A stretch of DNA of 29,233 nucleotides from a virus. Taxonomy: Duplodnaviria > Caudoviricetes. The DNA is taken from positions 1 through 29,233 of the IMG/VR virus record IMGVR_UViG_3300031885_000081. One strand, written 5' to 3'. Shown one piece after another: positions 16,140 through 24,713 of this stretch (position 1 is the stretch's first letter; each line of letters begins with the position of its first letter). The notes under the pieces are model-generated. The model worked only from the letters and a program-made list of their open reading frames with translations. It did no database searches and was not told where the DNA came from. Made by a program: the position numbers and the translations under genes.

Positions 16140-16670
16140 ATGAGCAAACAGCATGATAAGCCTGAGCCTGCGCCGACCGCGCCAGCAGAACCAAAACCTG
16201 CGCCGACCCCGTCGCGCACTGTACTGCTAACCCGCTTTGCGAAGCTGCAGGAGAAGGTGACGAGGTTGACGGATGAGCTGGCGTTCACTAAGGACGCCAT
16301 GCTGCTGACGGCGGCTGACCTGCGCGAGGCCTACGGCATCGTCGTCAGCGACGTGGTGCACACTACCCCCACACGGCTGGTTGCCTCGCCCGTTCCCAGC
16401 GTCGCTGCTCCAACGCGGATCGAGGATATCGCGGAGGTAGCGGACGAGCTTCCTACCGTGGCACCGGAGGACAACCCCATGCTCAGGGCAGCAGCGGTTC
16501 AGGGCATCCAGATCGGTAAGCCTAGAACCGCGCCCGCGAGCGAGGCCGAGGTAGAGGAGATTCGCCGAGGCGCAGTGGGCGACCCCAAGGGGGACGATGC
16601 GAAGGGGTTTTCCGCAAACATCAACAAGACCTTTGACAAGGCAGTCAGAGAGGGGCTGGGCAAGAGATGA
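16140..16670 (+). CDS. Hypothetical protein
   Basis: GGAGGAG RBS; short coiled coil. Confidence 0.75.
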   Translation: MSKQHDKPEPAPTAPAEPKPAPTPSRTVLLTRFAKLQEKVTRLTDELAFTKDAMLLTAADLREAYGIVVSDVVHTTPTRLVASPVPSVAAPTRIEDIAEVADELPTVAPEDNPMLRAAAVQGIQIGKPRTAPASEAEVEEIRRGAVGDPKGDDAKGFSANINKTFDKAVREGLGKR

Positions 16671-17254
16671 GCACCATCACCTATTCTGTTACGGCCAAGG
16701 ATCGGATCGCCTATCTGGAGGCGCTCGGCGTTGCACGGTTCGAGCCACGCGGCTTTTACGTCGTCGGCGACCCCGTGCTGCGGCTGCGTGCCCTGAAGGA
16801 TATCCCGCCTGTTTCCGCGATCTCCCACAGCGATCCGGCGGTCATCGACCTGGTGATGGAGGGCTACGCGGCCTACCTGCCAATGATAGAATTCCGATGG
16901 TTCATTTGCGGCGCGGCAGCGGCAGCGACCTTCGTTGACCCGCGCGACAAGGAGCATGTTCGCACGATGCTCCTTCTCCTAACCGAGGCTCTTCTGGACG
17001 ACTTCGCCAAGGATGGAGAGCCGCCCAAGTTCCCTGCGCTAGCCGCGCACCTGCGGCCCGCCGTTGAGAATTCCTTCTCGCGTGCGATTGAGAGCGTGGA
17101 GCCGTCTGTCTGGCATCAGGTGTTGGCCTACATCGACGGTTTCTGGTGGACTCTGACCCACACGCTTCCGACAACTAAGACTGGCACCAAGGCCCTCGCA
17201 AAGGCCGAGGACTTTATGCGCCAGGTGACGGACTACGGGATTCTTCCCCAATGA
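16667..17254 (+). CDS. Hypothetical protein
   Basis: ATGA overlap; globular composition. Confidence 0.75.
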   Translation: MSTITYSVTAKDRIAYLEALGVARFEPRGFYVVGDPVLRLRALKDIPPVSAISHSDPAVIDLVMEGYAAYLPMIEFRWFICGAAAAATFVDPRDKEHVRTMLLLLTEALLDDFAKDGEPPKFPALAAHLRPAVENSFSRAIESVEPSVWHQVLAYIDGFWWTLTHTLPTTKTGTKALAKAEDFMRQVTDYGILPQ

Positions 17255-17266
17255 AGGAGGAGCAGA

Positions 17267-17566
17267 ATGCCGCGCCACCTACCGGCGGACGTTGAGCAGC
17301 GTCTTATCTCACTCCTGGGGCCGGTTTGCGATGAGATCATAATAGGCCCCCAGGCGGCGCAGTGTATCCGTGACCGTGTGGCGGCGTGGCGCTCCAACCT
17401 GGGAAGCGGCGGACGCCCGCACACGGTAGATGAGTTGGCGACGATCATGGGCGAATGCCTGTGCCCGCCGTTCTCCATCACCCAAGCAATCATGGCGTAT
17501 ATGGAAAGCGTCGAAGGCTATAAGTGGGTGCCATCCGCGTTGCGGCGGCGAGAGAGGAACTCCTAG
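17267..17566 (+). CDS. Hypothetical protein
   Basis: AAGGAGGAG RBS. Confidence 0.7.
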   Translation: MPRHLPADVEQRLISLLGPVCDEIIIGPQAAQCIRDRVAAWRSNLGSGGRPHTVDELATIMGECLCPPFSITQAIMAYMESVEGYKWVPSALRRRERNS

Positions 17567-17567
17567 C

Positions 17568-17762
17568 ATGTGCAAAGTCTTTGCTGGCTTTGTCTTCAAG
17601 GGCGACCTTGATCTAGACGACGAGGGCTACGGCGAGATCATCATCTTCCCTACCCGTGAGGCCGCTGAGGAGGCCCTTGGAGCGAACGAGCCGAGTGACG
17701 ATATCACCGCTGCGCGGATTATGGTGGAGATGGAGAGTGAGGATGACCCCTGTTGTCAGTAA
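17568..17762 (+). CDS. Small acidic hypothetical protein
   Basis: GAGG RBS, ATG just after the upstream stop; IFPTREAAEEAL motif common in small phage proteins. Confidence 0.65.
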   Translation: MCKVFAGFVFKGDLDLDDEGYGEIIIFPTREAAEEALGANEPSDDITAARIMVEMESEDDPCCQ

Positions 17763-17925
17763 CACTGTACCTCGCATTGTCGAGGGCTGGGTGTACCCTG
17801 ACGCCTTGACCAACAGCCTGCGTCTGCCGGATACTGGCATAACCATATGGTACTCGCGGCGGCGCGGCATGGTACACGTGGTCGCCGAGATCAGAACGGA
17901 AGAGGAGCTGCGCGAGGATGCTTGA
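17743..17925 (+). CDS. Hypothetical protein
   Basis: GGAG upstream; overlaps both neighbours. Confidence 0.55.
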   Translation: MTPVVSNTVPRIVEGWVYPDALTNSLRLPDTGITIWYSRRRGMVHVVAEIRTEEELREDA

Positions 17926-18199
17926 CCTTATCGCTCCGTGGGCAGACTGGCTCATCACCGGCAGCAACATCGGCCTTAGTGTAGGGGTCATCCCTATGCT
18001 TTGGCAGGGCAGGCATCAGCAGCACGTACCCTACGCAACGAGCATCACCTTTGTGGTGTTGCTGGCAGTCTTGGCCGTGGCATTGCTCTCTCGCGGCCTG
18101 GTGTTTAGTGCTGTGTCAGACGCGACCGCCCTGGGCCTGTGGGCTGGGGTAGCCGGAGAGCGCTGGTGGCAGGGGCGCGCCGCAAGGAAGACCTTGTGA
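17918..18199 (+). CDS. Three-TM membrane protein (PQ-loop/SemiSWEET-like size)
   Basis: Three hydrophobic helices; family call tentative. Confidence 0.6.
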   Translation: MLDLIAPWADWLITGSNIGLSVGVIPMLWQGRHQQHVPYATSITFVVLLAVLAVALLSRGLVFSAVSDATALGLWAGVAGERWWQGRAARKTL

Positions 18200-18294
18200 C
18201 AGACCTGTTCTTTCAGGCCCTGCAGATCTGCTCTCTCTGGGCGATGTTTATGGCGCTGGCCGAGATCTGGAGAGTGGTAAACCGCGATGCCTAA
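18196..18294 (+). CDS. 32-aa hydrophobic peptide
   Basis: GTGA overlap, MTDLFFQALQICSLWAMFMALAEIWRVVNRDA; AAGGA upstream; below the ORF-track cutoff. Confidence 0.5.
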   Translation: MTDLFFQALQICSLWAMFMALAEIWRVVNRDA

Positions 18295-18580
18295 GTTCCC
18301 TGGCGACAAGTCCGAGTGCAACCATGACGTCGAGCGCGACGACGCCACCGCACACGCCTACACGCTAGGCTGCGAGTGGGGCACGGAGACAACCGTATTC
18401 TGCCATGTCTGCATGGAGCAGATCGGCCCCTCTATCCTAGAGTGCGGTATGTGCGGGGCGTCCTGGCAGGAGTGCCTATTCAACGGCTGCCCTTGGTGCA
18501 ACGGGTTTATGGGAGCTGGCGAACGCGGTCAACTTCCCCCACAAGGAAAGGGGGTGACATCATGGCCTCTTACACCTTGA
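18287..18580 (+). CDS. Cys-rich Zn-finger-like hypothetical protein
   Basis: CHVC, CGMC, CPWC. Confidence 0.6.
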   Translation: MPKFPGDKSECNHDVERDDATAHAYTLGCEWGTETTVFCHVCMEQIGPSILECGMCGASWQECLFNGCPWCNGFMGAGERGQLPPQGKGVTSWPLTP

Positions 18581-18741
18581 TCCCAGCATACGCTATCCCA
18601 CGCGGGCGCAAGCACCGGATGCGGAAGGACAAGCTAGAAGACGAAGACGACGACGACCGCCTAGCACGGGCACCTCGTGGGCGGCGCGAGCGGCGGCAGG
18701 ACGATAAGCAGCGGAGACAGCATGAACGCCTACCTCGTTGA
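18562..18741 (+). CDS. Small highly charged hypothetical protein
   Basis: GGGGGTG RBS-like sequence, ATG 18562. Confidence 0.55.
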   Translation: MASYTLIPAYAIPRGRKHRMRKDKLEDEDDDDRLARAPRGRRERRQDDKQRRQHERLPR

Positions 18742-19054
18742 TGCCGGTGAGGTTTACGTTTGCCAGGAATACCTGGGCGAGCTAGGCTCTATCTACGGCG
18801 ACGAGCGGGTCATCGATATCGTCTTCGCTGAGACGCGGGGCCAAGCCACCTATCGGTTCTGGCGGCGCTACGCCGACGACTTGGGCGGGCTGACCGAGCA
18901 CACCTATAAAACGCGCCTACTGAGGAGAAGCGTGCCTGACAAGATGACGCACGGGGCTCCGCTGGCGGTCTTGGAGCGCAGGTTGTGGCACGAGGTCGCG
19001 GCGGCGGAGACGCGCGCCAAGGAGAATGTCCATGATACGAGTAAAGGTTCATAA
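18722..19054 (+). CDS. Hypothetical protein
   Basis: GGAG RBS; IVFAETRGQA motif. Confidence 0.7.
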   Translation: MNAYLVDAGEVYVCQEYLGELGSIYGDERVIDIVFAETRGQATYRFWRRYADDLGGLTEHTYKTRLLRRSVPDKMTHGAPLAVLERRLWHEVAAAETRAKENVHDTSKGS

Positions 19055-19241
19055 CATCCTGGTCAGTGTGGGGGACGGCTACGACGACGCCTTTGACACG
19101 TTCCTTGACCAACACATCGTGTCCATCGAGCCGTCTGGCAACGCGGACGAGGCGGAGCGCGAAGGACAGAGATTCGCAGAATTCCTAGCCGAGTTCTGTG
19201 ATCCCGCGTTCCTGACAGGCTTGACCGCTAACCTACCATGA
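19026..19241 (+). CDS. Small acidic hypothetical protein
   Basis: AAGGAG upstream. Confidence 0.65.
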   Translation: MSMIRVKVHNILVSVGDGYDDAFDTFLDQHIVSIEPSGNADEAEREGQRFAEFLAEFCDPAFLTGLTANLP

Positions 19242-19429
19242 AGAAGCTAACCCCACGCGACTGGCTGCGCGTACGGATAGCAAGCTTCATCCTCGGCAAG
19301 CGCCTGTGGAGATGGCTGAACGCCGGACGCTTCGGCATCCTCTCCCTGCACCACGCCTACGGGCTCCGAGAGAAGAACGAGATCTACGGCGTCTACTACC
19401 GCAGCGAGGGCGCGGAGAAGAAGACATGA
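19238..19429 (+). CDS. Small basic hypothetical protein
   Basis: ATGA overlaps at both ends. Confidence 0.6.
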   Translation: MKKLTPRDWLRVRIASFILGKRLWRWLNAGRFGILSLHHAYGLREKNEIYGVYYRSEGAEKKT

Positions 19430-19626
19430 CCGACCGCATGCAGACCCTACTCCGCGAGGCTTCGCGCGCATACCAAGAGATGAGAAATCCTTTCGACATA
19501 GACTTTCTCCACGAGCACACTGTGACTAGTGATGAGTGTGTTGACATAGCCCTGGCCGTATCGGATGCCATCGACATCTCCCTCCTACACCTGCTGGACG
19601 ATCTACCCCTTCGCGAGGACGGTTAG
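19426..19626 (+). CDS. Hypothetical protein
   Basis: ATGA overlap; GGAG upstream. Confidence 0.6.
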   Translation: MTDRMQTLLREASRAYQEMRNPFDIDFLHEHTVTSDECVDIALAVSDAIDISLLHLLDDLPLREDG

Positions 19627-19638
19627 TGCTGGTAAGAT
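19610..19638 (+). promoter_or_regulatory. Putative sigma70-type promoter
   Basis: TTCGCG-N17-TAAGAT with TGG extended -10, before a ~95-nt intergenic gap. Confidence 0.45.
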
Positions 19639-19720
19639 ACTACTCGTAGCGGCAATAACTGTTTTACCTGTGGATGAGTTTTGCTTAGAGGGTCATTGGA
19701 TGGGGAGATTGTGAGGCGAC

Positions 19721-20518
19721 GTGACCAGGAAAAAGTATCGGCTTAAGCAGCCCCGCAATTATCCACTAGACCCCCAGCGTGGGTCAGTCCCTAAGCTTAA
19801 TCCGCGCCATCCGCTGTGGAGGCTTATACAAGATCGCCTGGCGACGGGCGTCTACACGTACCCGCAGCTCTCCGTTTGGGCGGAATCTATGGGGTTCCCT
19901 CTAACCGTCCCTCAGATACGGCGCGGGCTGGATCGGTATAAGCCCTCCTACCTACCGATGCGGGTCTTCCCATGGCTGGCGGATATGGTGCAGCACATCC
20001 TGGACAACTTCGTGGACTGGGACGCCCAGCTCGACGCGGCGGCGACACAGCAGGCCCAGCTCGTCGGTATGGTTATGGAAAAGATGCGCGACCTACGGGA
20101 GCGACCGGAGATCATCAACGGGCCGGACGGCGTACCGCTGAAGATCACCAACGCGCACGGGCACGAAGAGTACGTGATCCTTCCGGCGGCGAGCATAGAC
20201 GACAAGATTCACATCCTCAACGCGGCGCAGAACGCCGTAGGGAAGCTGTTCAGGATGCTGGTTGAGCGCACGCGGCTGCACGCCGATATGCGCGTGCAAA
20301 TGCCAGGAACAGGCGGCGAACAGACCGCAGAAGGCGGCCAGGGGGTCGGCCCGACATTGTATACTATCAGTAACGTCGAGCTGCTCCGCAAGGAGATGGA
20401 TGAGGTCGACCGCGAGATGCGCGCGACCTACAACATGCTGATCAAGGAGGCGGCGGAGGTCGGTGCAACGCTGCCGGAACCGAAACCGCTGGATGCACAT
20501 CTGGAGGAGGCAGAGTGA
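19721..20518 (+). CDS. Hypothetical protein, possible terminase small subunit (HTH-like N-terminus, helical C-terminus)
   Basis: Basic N-terminus, YTYPQLSVWAESMGFPLTVPQIRR HTH-like segment; 2.7 kb upstream of TerL. The function is an inference. Confidence 0.5.
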   Translation: MTRKKYRLKQPRNYPLDPQRGSVPKLNPRHPLWRLIQDRLATGVYTYPQLSVWAESMGFPLTVPQIRRGLDRYKPSYLPMRVFPWLADMVQHILDNFVDWDAQLDAAATQQAQLVGMVMEKMRDLRERPEIINGPDGVPLKITNAHGHEEYVILPAASIDDKIHILNAAQNAVGKLFRMLVERTRLHADMRVQMPGTGGEQTAEGGQGVGPTLYTISNVELLRKEMDEVDREMRATYNMLIKEAAEVGATLPEPKPLDAHLEEAE

Positions 20519-20718
20519 AGACCGGCACCGCTCGCCCCACGTTTGTTACGCCAGGGATGTGCGTCGCTTGCGCGGCGGACGGCGAAGGCCCTGAGTGCCT
20601 CGCTACGTACACAGTGCAAGAGTATCTCTCCGAAGGGCCGCCCTGGATGCACGACAGGGACGAGGGTTACCCTGGGCGCAACACCATCATCGTTGCTGGC
20701 GTGGAGGTAGAGCTTTGA
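20515..20718 (+). CDS. Hypothetical protein
   Basis: GTGA overlap, GGAGGAGG RBS; CVAC. Confidence 0.55.
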   Translation: MKTGTARPTFVTPGMCVACAADGEGPECLATYTVQEYLSEGPPWMHDRDEGYPGRNTIIVAGVEVEL

Positions 20719-21119
20719 GCCTGACGGCTGAGTCCGTGCGATGCATCTGCGGCCACCCGACGCCAGGCATCGCCTGGGAATGGGCACCTGGGCACCAGGG
20801 CCAGTCTAAGTGCATCTGCTGTATGCGCGCCATCTGGGAGGAGAGCCTGGAGACGATTCTGTCGTCCCTTCAGGCGGCCCTGGCCGCCTACCCCGCCGTC
20901 ACCAGCGGCGAGTGTGCGAGCGGCGTCGGCCTAGAGCAGGAACAGGAACCCTGCCCCCACACTGTCTACGCTAATCGGTGGCAGGGCGACGCCAATGATT
21001 TCTTCTGCGTGAGGTGCGGCACACCCCAGGACAAGGACGCCTGCCCCCACACCTACTGCGGCGTCAGCGAGAATGGCGTCCGGTGCGACGACTGCGGGGA
21101 ATACCTGTGGGAAAGCTAG
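20715..21119 (+). CDS. Multi-Zn-ribbon hypothetical protein
   Basis: GGAGG then TTG 20715 (TTGA overlap); CICG, CICC, two CPH...CxxCG units. Confidence 0.65.
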   Translation: MSLTAESVRCICGHPTPGIAWEWAPGHQGQSKCICCMRAIWEESLETILSSLQAALAAYPAVTSGECASGVGLEQEQEPCPHTVYANRWQGDANDFFCVRCGTPQDKDACPHTYCGVSENGVRCDDCGEYLWES

Positions 21120-21307
21120 AAGCGCGCTTTATGTGCTCCGGCTGCCATATCGACGTCTACGCGGACAATGAGACCGTGAGCAAGATGCGCGACGCTCATA
21201 TGGCGTACCACGCTGCCCGATACCGCACAGCGTGCGAGAGGCTGATCGCAAACGCACCGAATCCGGTGGGGGCGCGCAAGTTCCTGCTGGGGGAGAATTC
21301 AGCGTGA
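21107..21307 (+). CDS. Small C2H2-like hypothetical protein
   Basis: CSGC...HMAYH. Confidence 0.55.
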   Translation: MGKLEARFMCSGCHIDVYADNETVSKMRDAHMAYHAARYRTACERLIANAPNPVGARKFLLGENSA

Positions 21308-21486
21308 CAAACACCTACGCCTACTGCTCGAGTTGTGACAAGATCGCGGAGGCGACCATCGAGGAGCCTACTTCTTGCATCACCCCCACGACCCCTGGGC
21401 GCTGGGCGGCGGGCGACATCGTTTGCCGAAGCTGCTACGCCATCATCGCTACCCTATTCAAGAACCTGGACGAGGAGGCATCGTGA
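21304..21486 (+). CDS. Small Zn-ribbon protein
   Basis: CSSC...CRSC; GTGA overlap, GGAG RBS. Confidence 0.65.
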   Translation: MTNTYAYCSSCDKIAEATIEEPTSCITPTTPGRWAAGDIVCRSCYAIIATLFKNLDEEAS

Positions 21487-21881
21487 GCGGTTACAGGCAT
21501 ATGCCCCTGCTCGTCTGTCCAGCGGGGCACAGCGACACGTTCAAGGCGGAGGGCATCAGCAAGACGCTTATGAGCGGTGCCTACACCCGCGTGAACAACC
21601 AGGGTAAGGTCATCGAGACCCATGACCCCAACGTCGAAACCCATCACTACCGCTGCGACGTGTGCGGGGTGAGCTTCACGAGGCGCTGGCAGGACGGCAA
21701 GCTACTACTGCCTGAGCCCGTTGCGGTTGTGACAACGGCCCTGTCCCAGGAAGAGCTAGACGCCCTACGCCGCACCACTACTGGCGGGCTACCTGAGACG
21801 GCCCGCCCCAAGACCACGCCGAAAATGGCAGTGCGAATGGAGCGCGCCGGATGGCGGCAGCGAGTACTGAAGGGAAGATGA
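21483..21881 (+). CDS. Zn-ribbon hypothetical protein
   Basis: CPAGH...YRCDVCG; GAGGAGG RBS. Confidence 0.7.
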   Translation: MSGYRHMPLLVCPAGHSDTFKAEGISKTLMSGAYTRVNNQGKVIETHDPNVETHHYRCDVCGVSFTRRWQDGKLLLPEPVAVVTTALSQEELDALRRTTTGGLPETARPKTTPKMAVRMERAGWRQRVLKGR

Positions 21882-22084
21882 CAATGCACCCTCCGCTTGA
21901 GCTAGAACACTGGCAGCTTGTGGACGCCATGCAGGATTACTGCGAGAGCTACATCCCTGGCTACGCGCGGATGACCTACAACGAGCGCCGAAGCGAAGCC
22001 AAGCGCCAGCTTGACCTATTCGTGATGCGGTGCTTGACTCCGCCACCTAGCAGGCCCCAGACCATCGAGAAGGGAATGAAGTGA
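21878..22084 (+). CDS. Hypothetical protein
   Basis: ATGA overlap. Confidence 0.6.
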   Translation: MTMHPPLELEHWQLVDAMQDYCESYIPGYARMTYNERRSEAKRQLDLFVMRCLTPPPSRPQTIEKGMK

Positions 22085-22085
22085 G

Positions 22086-22104
22086 CGGGCTGACAGCCCG
22101 TTTT
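22086..22104 (+). terminator. Possible intrinsic terminator
   Basis: CGGGCT-GAC-AGCCCG hairpin followed by TTTT just after a stop; the short U-tract makes this weak. Confidence 0.4.
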
Positions 22105-22114
22105 GAGCAGAGAA

Positions 22115-22186
22115 GGTAGACGGATACCGATTCACGCCAGCAGGCCGCAGGATTTGCGCCGTGTGGCCGCAGGATCGGCGTCTGAG
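22115..22186. repeat. Intergenic element, copy 2 (first copy at 1486-1557)
   Basis: Same boxes at identical spacing; 16-bp identity GCCGCAGGATCGGCGT at 22166-22181. Confidence 0.8.
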
Positions 22187-22199
22187 GAGAGGAGACACC

Positions 22200-22523
22200 A
22201 TGAAGCTGTTCGCGATCGAGAAGACTCGCTACTGCGATTACTACAACAAGACCGAGGTGAGCGTCCTGGGCTACACCGTGGGCGACGTCGAGACGAGCGA
22301 CCTCCCCGACGTCGAGACCACCCTGTACCTGGGGCCGGTCAGCATCACCCTCTACGTCAACAAGCCCTCCCTTGAGGCCGTGTCCGGCGCGGACGTGGCT
22401 GATGTCGAGCTGGGCGGCGGCATCCGGCTGATCGGGCCGGACAAGTTCCGATTCATCCCCTGCCCCTTCCTTCGCATCGAGCTGAACACGCTCGTCGGTT
22501 ATCTGACCCTGCGCCTGTTCTAA
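22200..22523 (+). CDS. Beta-rich hypothetical protein
   Basis: AGGAG RBS, ATG 22200. Confidence 0.75.
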   Translation: MKLFAIEKTRYCDYYNKTEVSVLGYTVGDVETSDLPDVETTLYLGPVSITLYVNKPSLEAVSGADVADVELGGGIRLIGPDKFRFIPCPFLRIELNTLVGYLTLRLF

Positions 22524-22527
22524 GACG

Positions 22528-22752
22528 ATGACCGATTGGCAGAAGATGAGCGTGTGGCGGGCGGGGGCGATCACGAATGCCCTGGACGTCCTGGAGCACA
22601 CCGCACCAACACCTGAGCTGTGGGCCTTGTGCGCGGTACTACTACAGGCCTTTATCCGTGCGCGGGAGGGCAAGTGCCCGACCTGCGGTTGCGGCTCCTA
22701 CACTGGCCCCGACGAGGCCCCGACGTTTGATCCAGAAGGTTATCCAATCTAG
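22528..22752 (+). CDS. Hypothetical protein
   Basis: Fills the gap; CPTCG. Confidence 0.6.
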   Translation: MTDWQKMSVWRAGAITNALDVLEHTAPTPELWALCAVLLQAFIRAREGKCPTCGCGSYTGPDEAPTFDPEGYPI

Positions 22753-22961
22753 TGATCAAACACGAGACCGTCTATCTCCCCCGCGCTGACGCCGAGCGCC
22801 TGTTTGAGGCCACGCTGGAGGACAACCTGCGTGATCTAGCAATGGCCTTATTCGCGGGCATGGGGGATGTGGCGGGTGCTACGGCGCAGGCCAAGAAATG
22901 GCACCTGACCGGACGCTTCGGCGACGTCATCCCCGTACGCGTTACGATTGAGGCACTGTGA
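22752..22961 (+). CDS. Hypothetical protein
   Basis: 1-nt overlaps with neighbours. Confidence 0.6.
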   Translation: MIKHETVYLPRADAERLFEATLEDNLRDLAMALFAGMGDVAGATAQAKKWHLTGRFGDVIPVRVTIEAL

Positions 22962-23137
22962 TGAAGCACTGGTCTGATGCAGGCAACGGCGGCAAGCGGC
23001 GAAGAATCCCCTGGACGATGTGCCGCACGGTTTGCGGCCTAGAGGGGTTGGCGCGACGGGAGCGCTTCGCGATGCGTAAGGCCGACGTCACCTGCAAGAC
23101 CTGCCTGATGATCCTGTACAAGCGGGCTGGGTGGTGA
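22961..23137 (+). CDS. 58-aa Zn-finger-like protein
   Basis: MKHW...CRTVCG...VTCKTC...W; TGATG overlap; below the ORF-track cutoff. Confidence 0.6.
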   Translation: MKHWSDAGNGGKRRRIPWTMCRTVCGLEGLARRERFAMRKADVTCKTCLMILYKRAGW

Positions 23138-23177
23138 TGCGGGGCGGATAGAAAGCCCTTCACTTTCAAACAAGTGT

Positions 23178-24668
23178 ATGAGTATTGACACCGCGATCGA
23201 TCCGCTCACCGACGAGGAGAAGGTCGTCATCAACGGCTCAGCGAAGCTCTTCTGGCACTTTCTCCTTAAGTTCTATCCGCTGTCCTTCGCCGAAGAGAAG
23301 TACTTCATGGCGAACAAGCGCTGGAGCCCGTTCCGCCTTTCGGCGATGCACCAGGCGTGGGCGGGGGCGGCGCAGCAATATTCCCGCCTATGCGTCCTGG
23401 CCCCACGCGGACATCTAAAGTCAACCGTCCTGGGGCGAGGGTTCCTGTTCTGGCTGGGTATGCGGGAGACGAAGGACTTCGACGCCGTTTACTTTAGCTA
23501 CAAGGACAACCTGGCCCGCGACCATACGATGGCTCTTAAGAGCTACATCAAGGACAATCCCTACTGCCGGTGGTGGGTCGACAACAAGCCCACGAGTGAC
23601 AGCCTGGTAGACTTCACCGCATCGTGGGGGCCGCCAGGGAACGAGACGTGGCACTTCGTGGTGGAGCCTGCGGGCATCCTGGGAGCGTCGCGCGGGAGAC
23701 ATCCGAAGGCGGTGGTATGTGACGACATATTGTCGGACTTCGCAAATCCTATGGAATCTGAGGAGGTTGTGCGCATCAACAACATCTTCCACCAGGTGGT
23801 GATGTCGATGCCGGAGCTACACCAATCCTTGCTCCTGGTCGGGACGCCGCAGGCCGAAAACGACGTCCTCCACAGCGTGCAGAAGGACAGGCGCTGGCAC
23901 TGGCGGCGGTATCCGGCGATCAAGAACGAGGTGACGCAGGAGACCCAGTGGCCGGAGAAGTTTGATTACGGTCGCCTGATGGAGCTGTTGGCTGAGGTCA
24001 AGCCGCGCGCGTTCCAGGTGGAATACCTGCTCAAGCCTGTGGCTACTGCGGACGCCTACTTCCCCCGCTTCGCCATTGATAACATCGTCGACGAGAATCT
24101 GCGGCGCTGGACGACGGATGAGCCTTGGCCTGGCCGAGGGCGCTACGCCACCTACGGCGGCATGGACGTGGGCAAGGAAGTCCACCCAAGCCACATCACC
24201 GTCCACGCCATGATGCCGGACGGCACGCTGATGCAGATCTTCGAGGAATGGCTGAACCACATGGACTTCAGGGCTCAGGCGATTCGCGTGAACCAGATCA
24301 TCGAGCACTTCGACGTCGCCAGGTTCTTCTACGACAGCACGCGCGCCGAGCTGGATGACCGTGCCTTGTCCAAGCGCGCGCAAGGGAAGAAGTTCAAAAA
24401 GGGCATCAAGGTCACAATGGCGACTATGTTCGAGAAGCGCGTGTACTCCCAGCCTGGGGAGCCTGGGCTCATCTTGCTAGGCCCTGAGAACAGCCGCCAG
24501 GTGCGCCAGATATGCGCGGTCAAGAAAGACCTGAGCGCATACGAGAGCGAGGACGGACACGGCGACAGCTTCTGGAGCAACTCCCTGGCCATCTACGCGG
24601 CGGACACCGGCCCAAGCTTCGTTGATCTAGGTGATGTAAACGATATGTTCTCTCGTCGCCTACGGTGA
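23178..24668 (+). CDS. terL: Terminase large subunit
   Basis: Walker A APRGHLKST, RGRHP..VVCDD Walker B, VGTP, WPEKF, F..EY, nuclease GMDVG and HGDSFW. Confidence 0.92.
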   Translation: MSIDTAIDPLTDEEKVVINGSAKLFWHFLLKFYPLSFAEEKYFMANKRWSPFRLSAMHQAWAGAAQQYSRLCVLAPRGHLKSTVLGRGFLFWLGMRETKDFDAVYFSYKDNLARDHTMALKSYIKDNPYCRWWVDNKPTSDSLVDFTASWGPPGNETWHFVVEPAGILGASRGRHPKAVVCDDILSDFANPMESEEVVRINNIFHQVVMSMPELHQSLLLVGTPQAENDVLHSVQKDRRWHWRRYPAIKNEVTQETQWPEKFDYGRLMELLAEVKPRAFQVEYLLKPVATADAYFPRFAIDNIVDENLRRWTTDEPWPGRGRYATYGGMDVGKEVHPSHITVHAMMPDGTLMQIFEEWLNHMDFRAQAIRVNQIIEHFDVARFFYDSTRAELDDRALSKRAQGKKFKKGIKVTMATMFEKRVYSQPGEPGLILLGPENSRQVRQICAVKKDLSAYESEDGHGDSFWSNSLAIYAADTGPSFVDLGDVNDMFSRRLR

Positions 24669-24697
24669 CCGTACCTCCGCCCGAATCGTCATAGTAA
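24665..24697 (+). promoter_or_regulatory. ECF-type promoter-like site 1
   Basis: GTGACC-N16-CGTC-ATAGTAA followed by AGGAGG. Confidence 0.7.
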
Positions 24698-24713
24698 GTG
24701 AGGAGGCGCACTT

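Noticed and set aside
17247-17262. CAATGAAGGAGG shared with about 27387-27398
   Set aside because: Mostly RBS sequence; too short to support a separate element.
22103-22199. ORF starts at 22103 and 22161
   Set aside because: This interval holds the non-coding repeat element, and ATG 22200 has the proper RBS.
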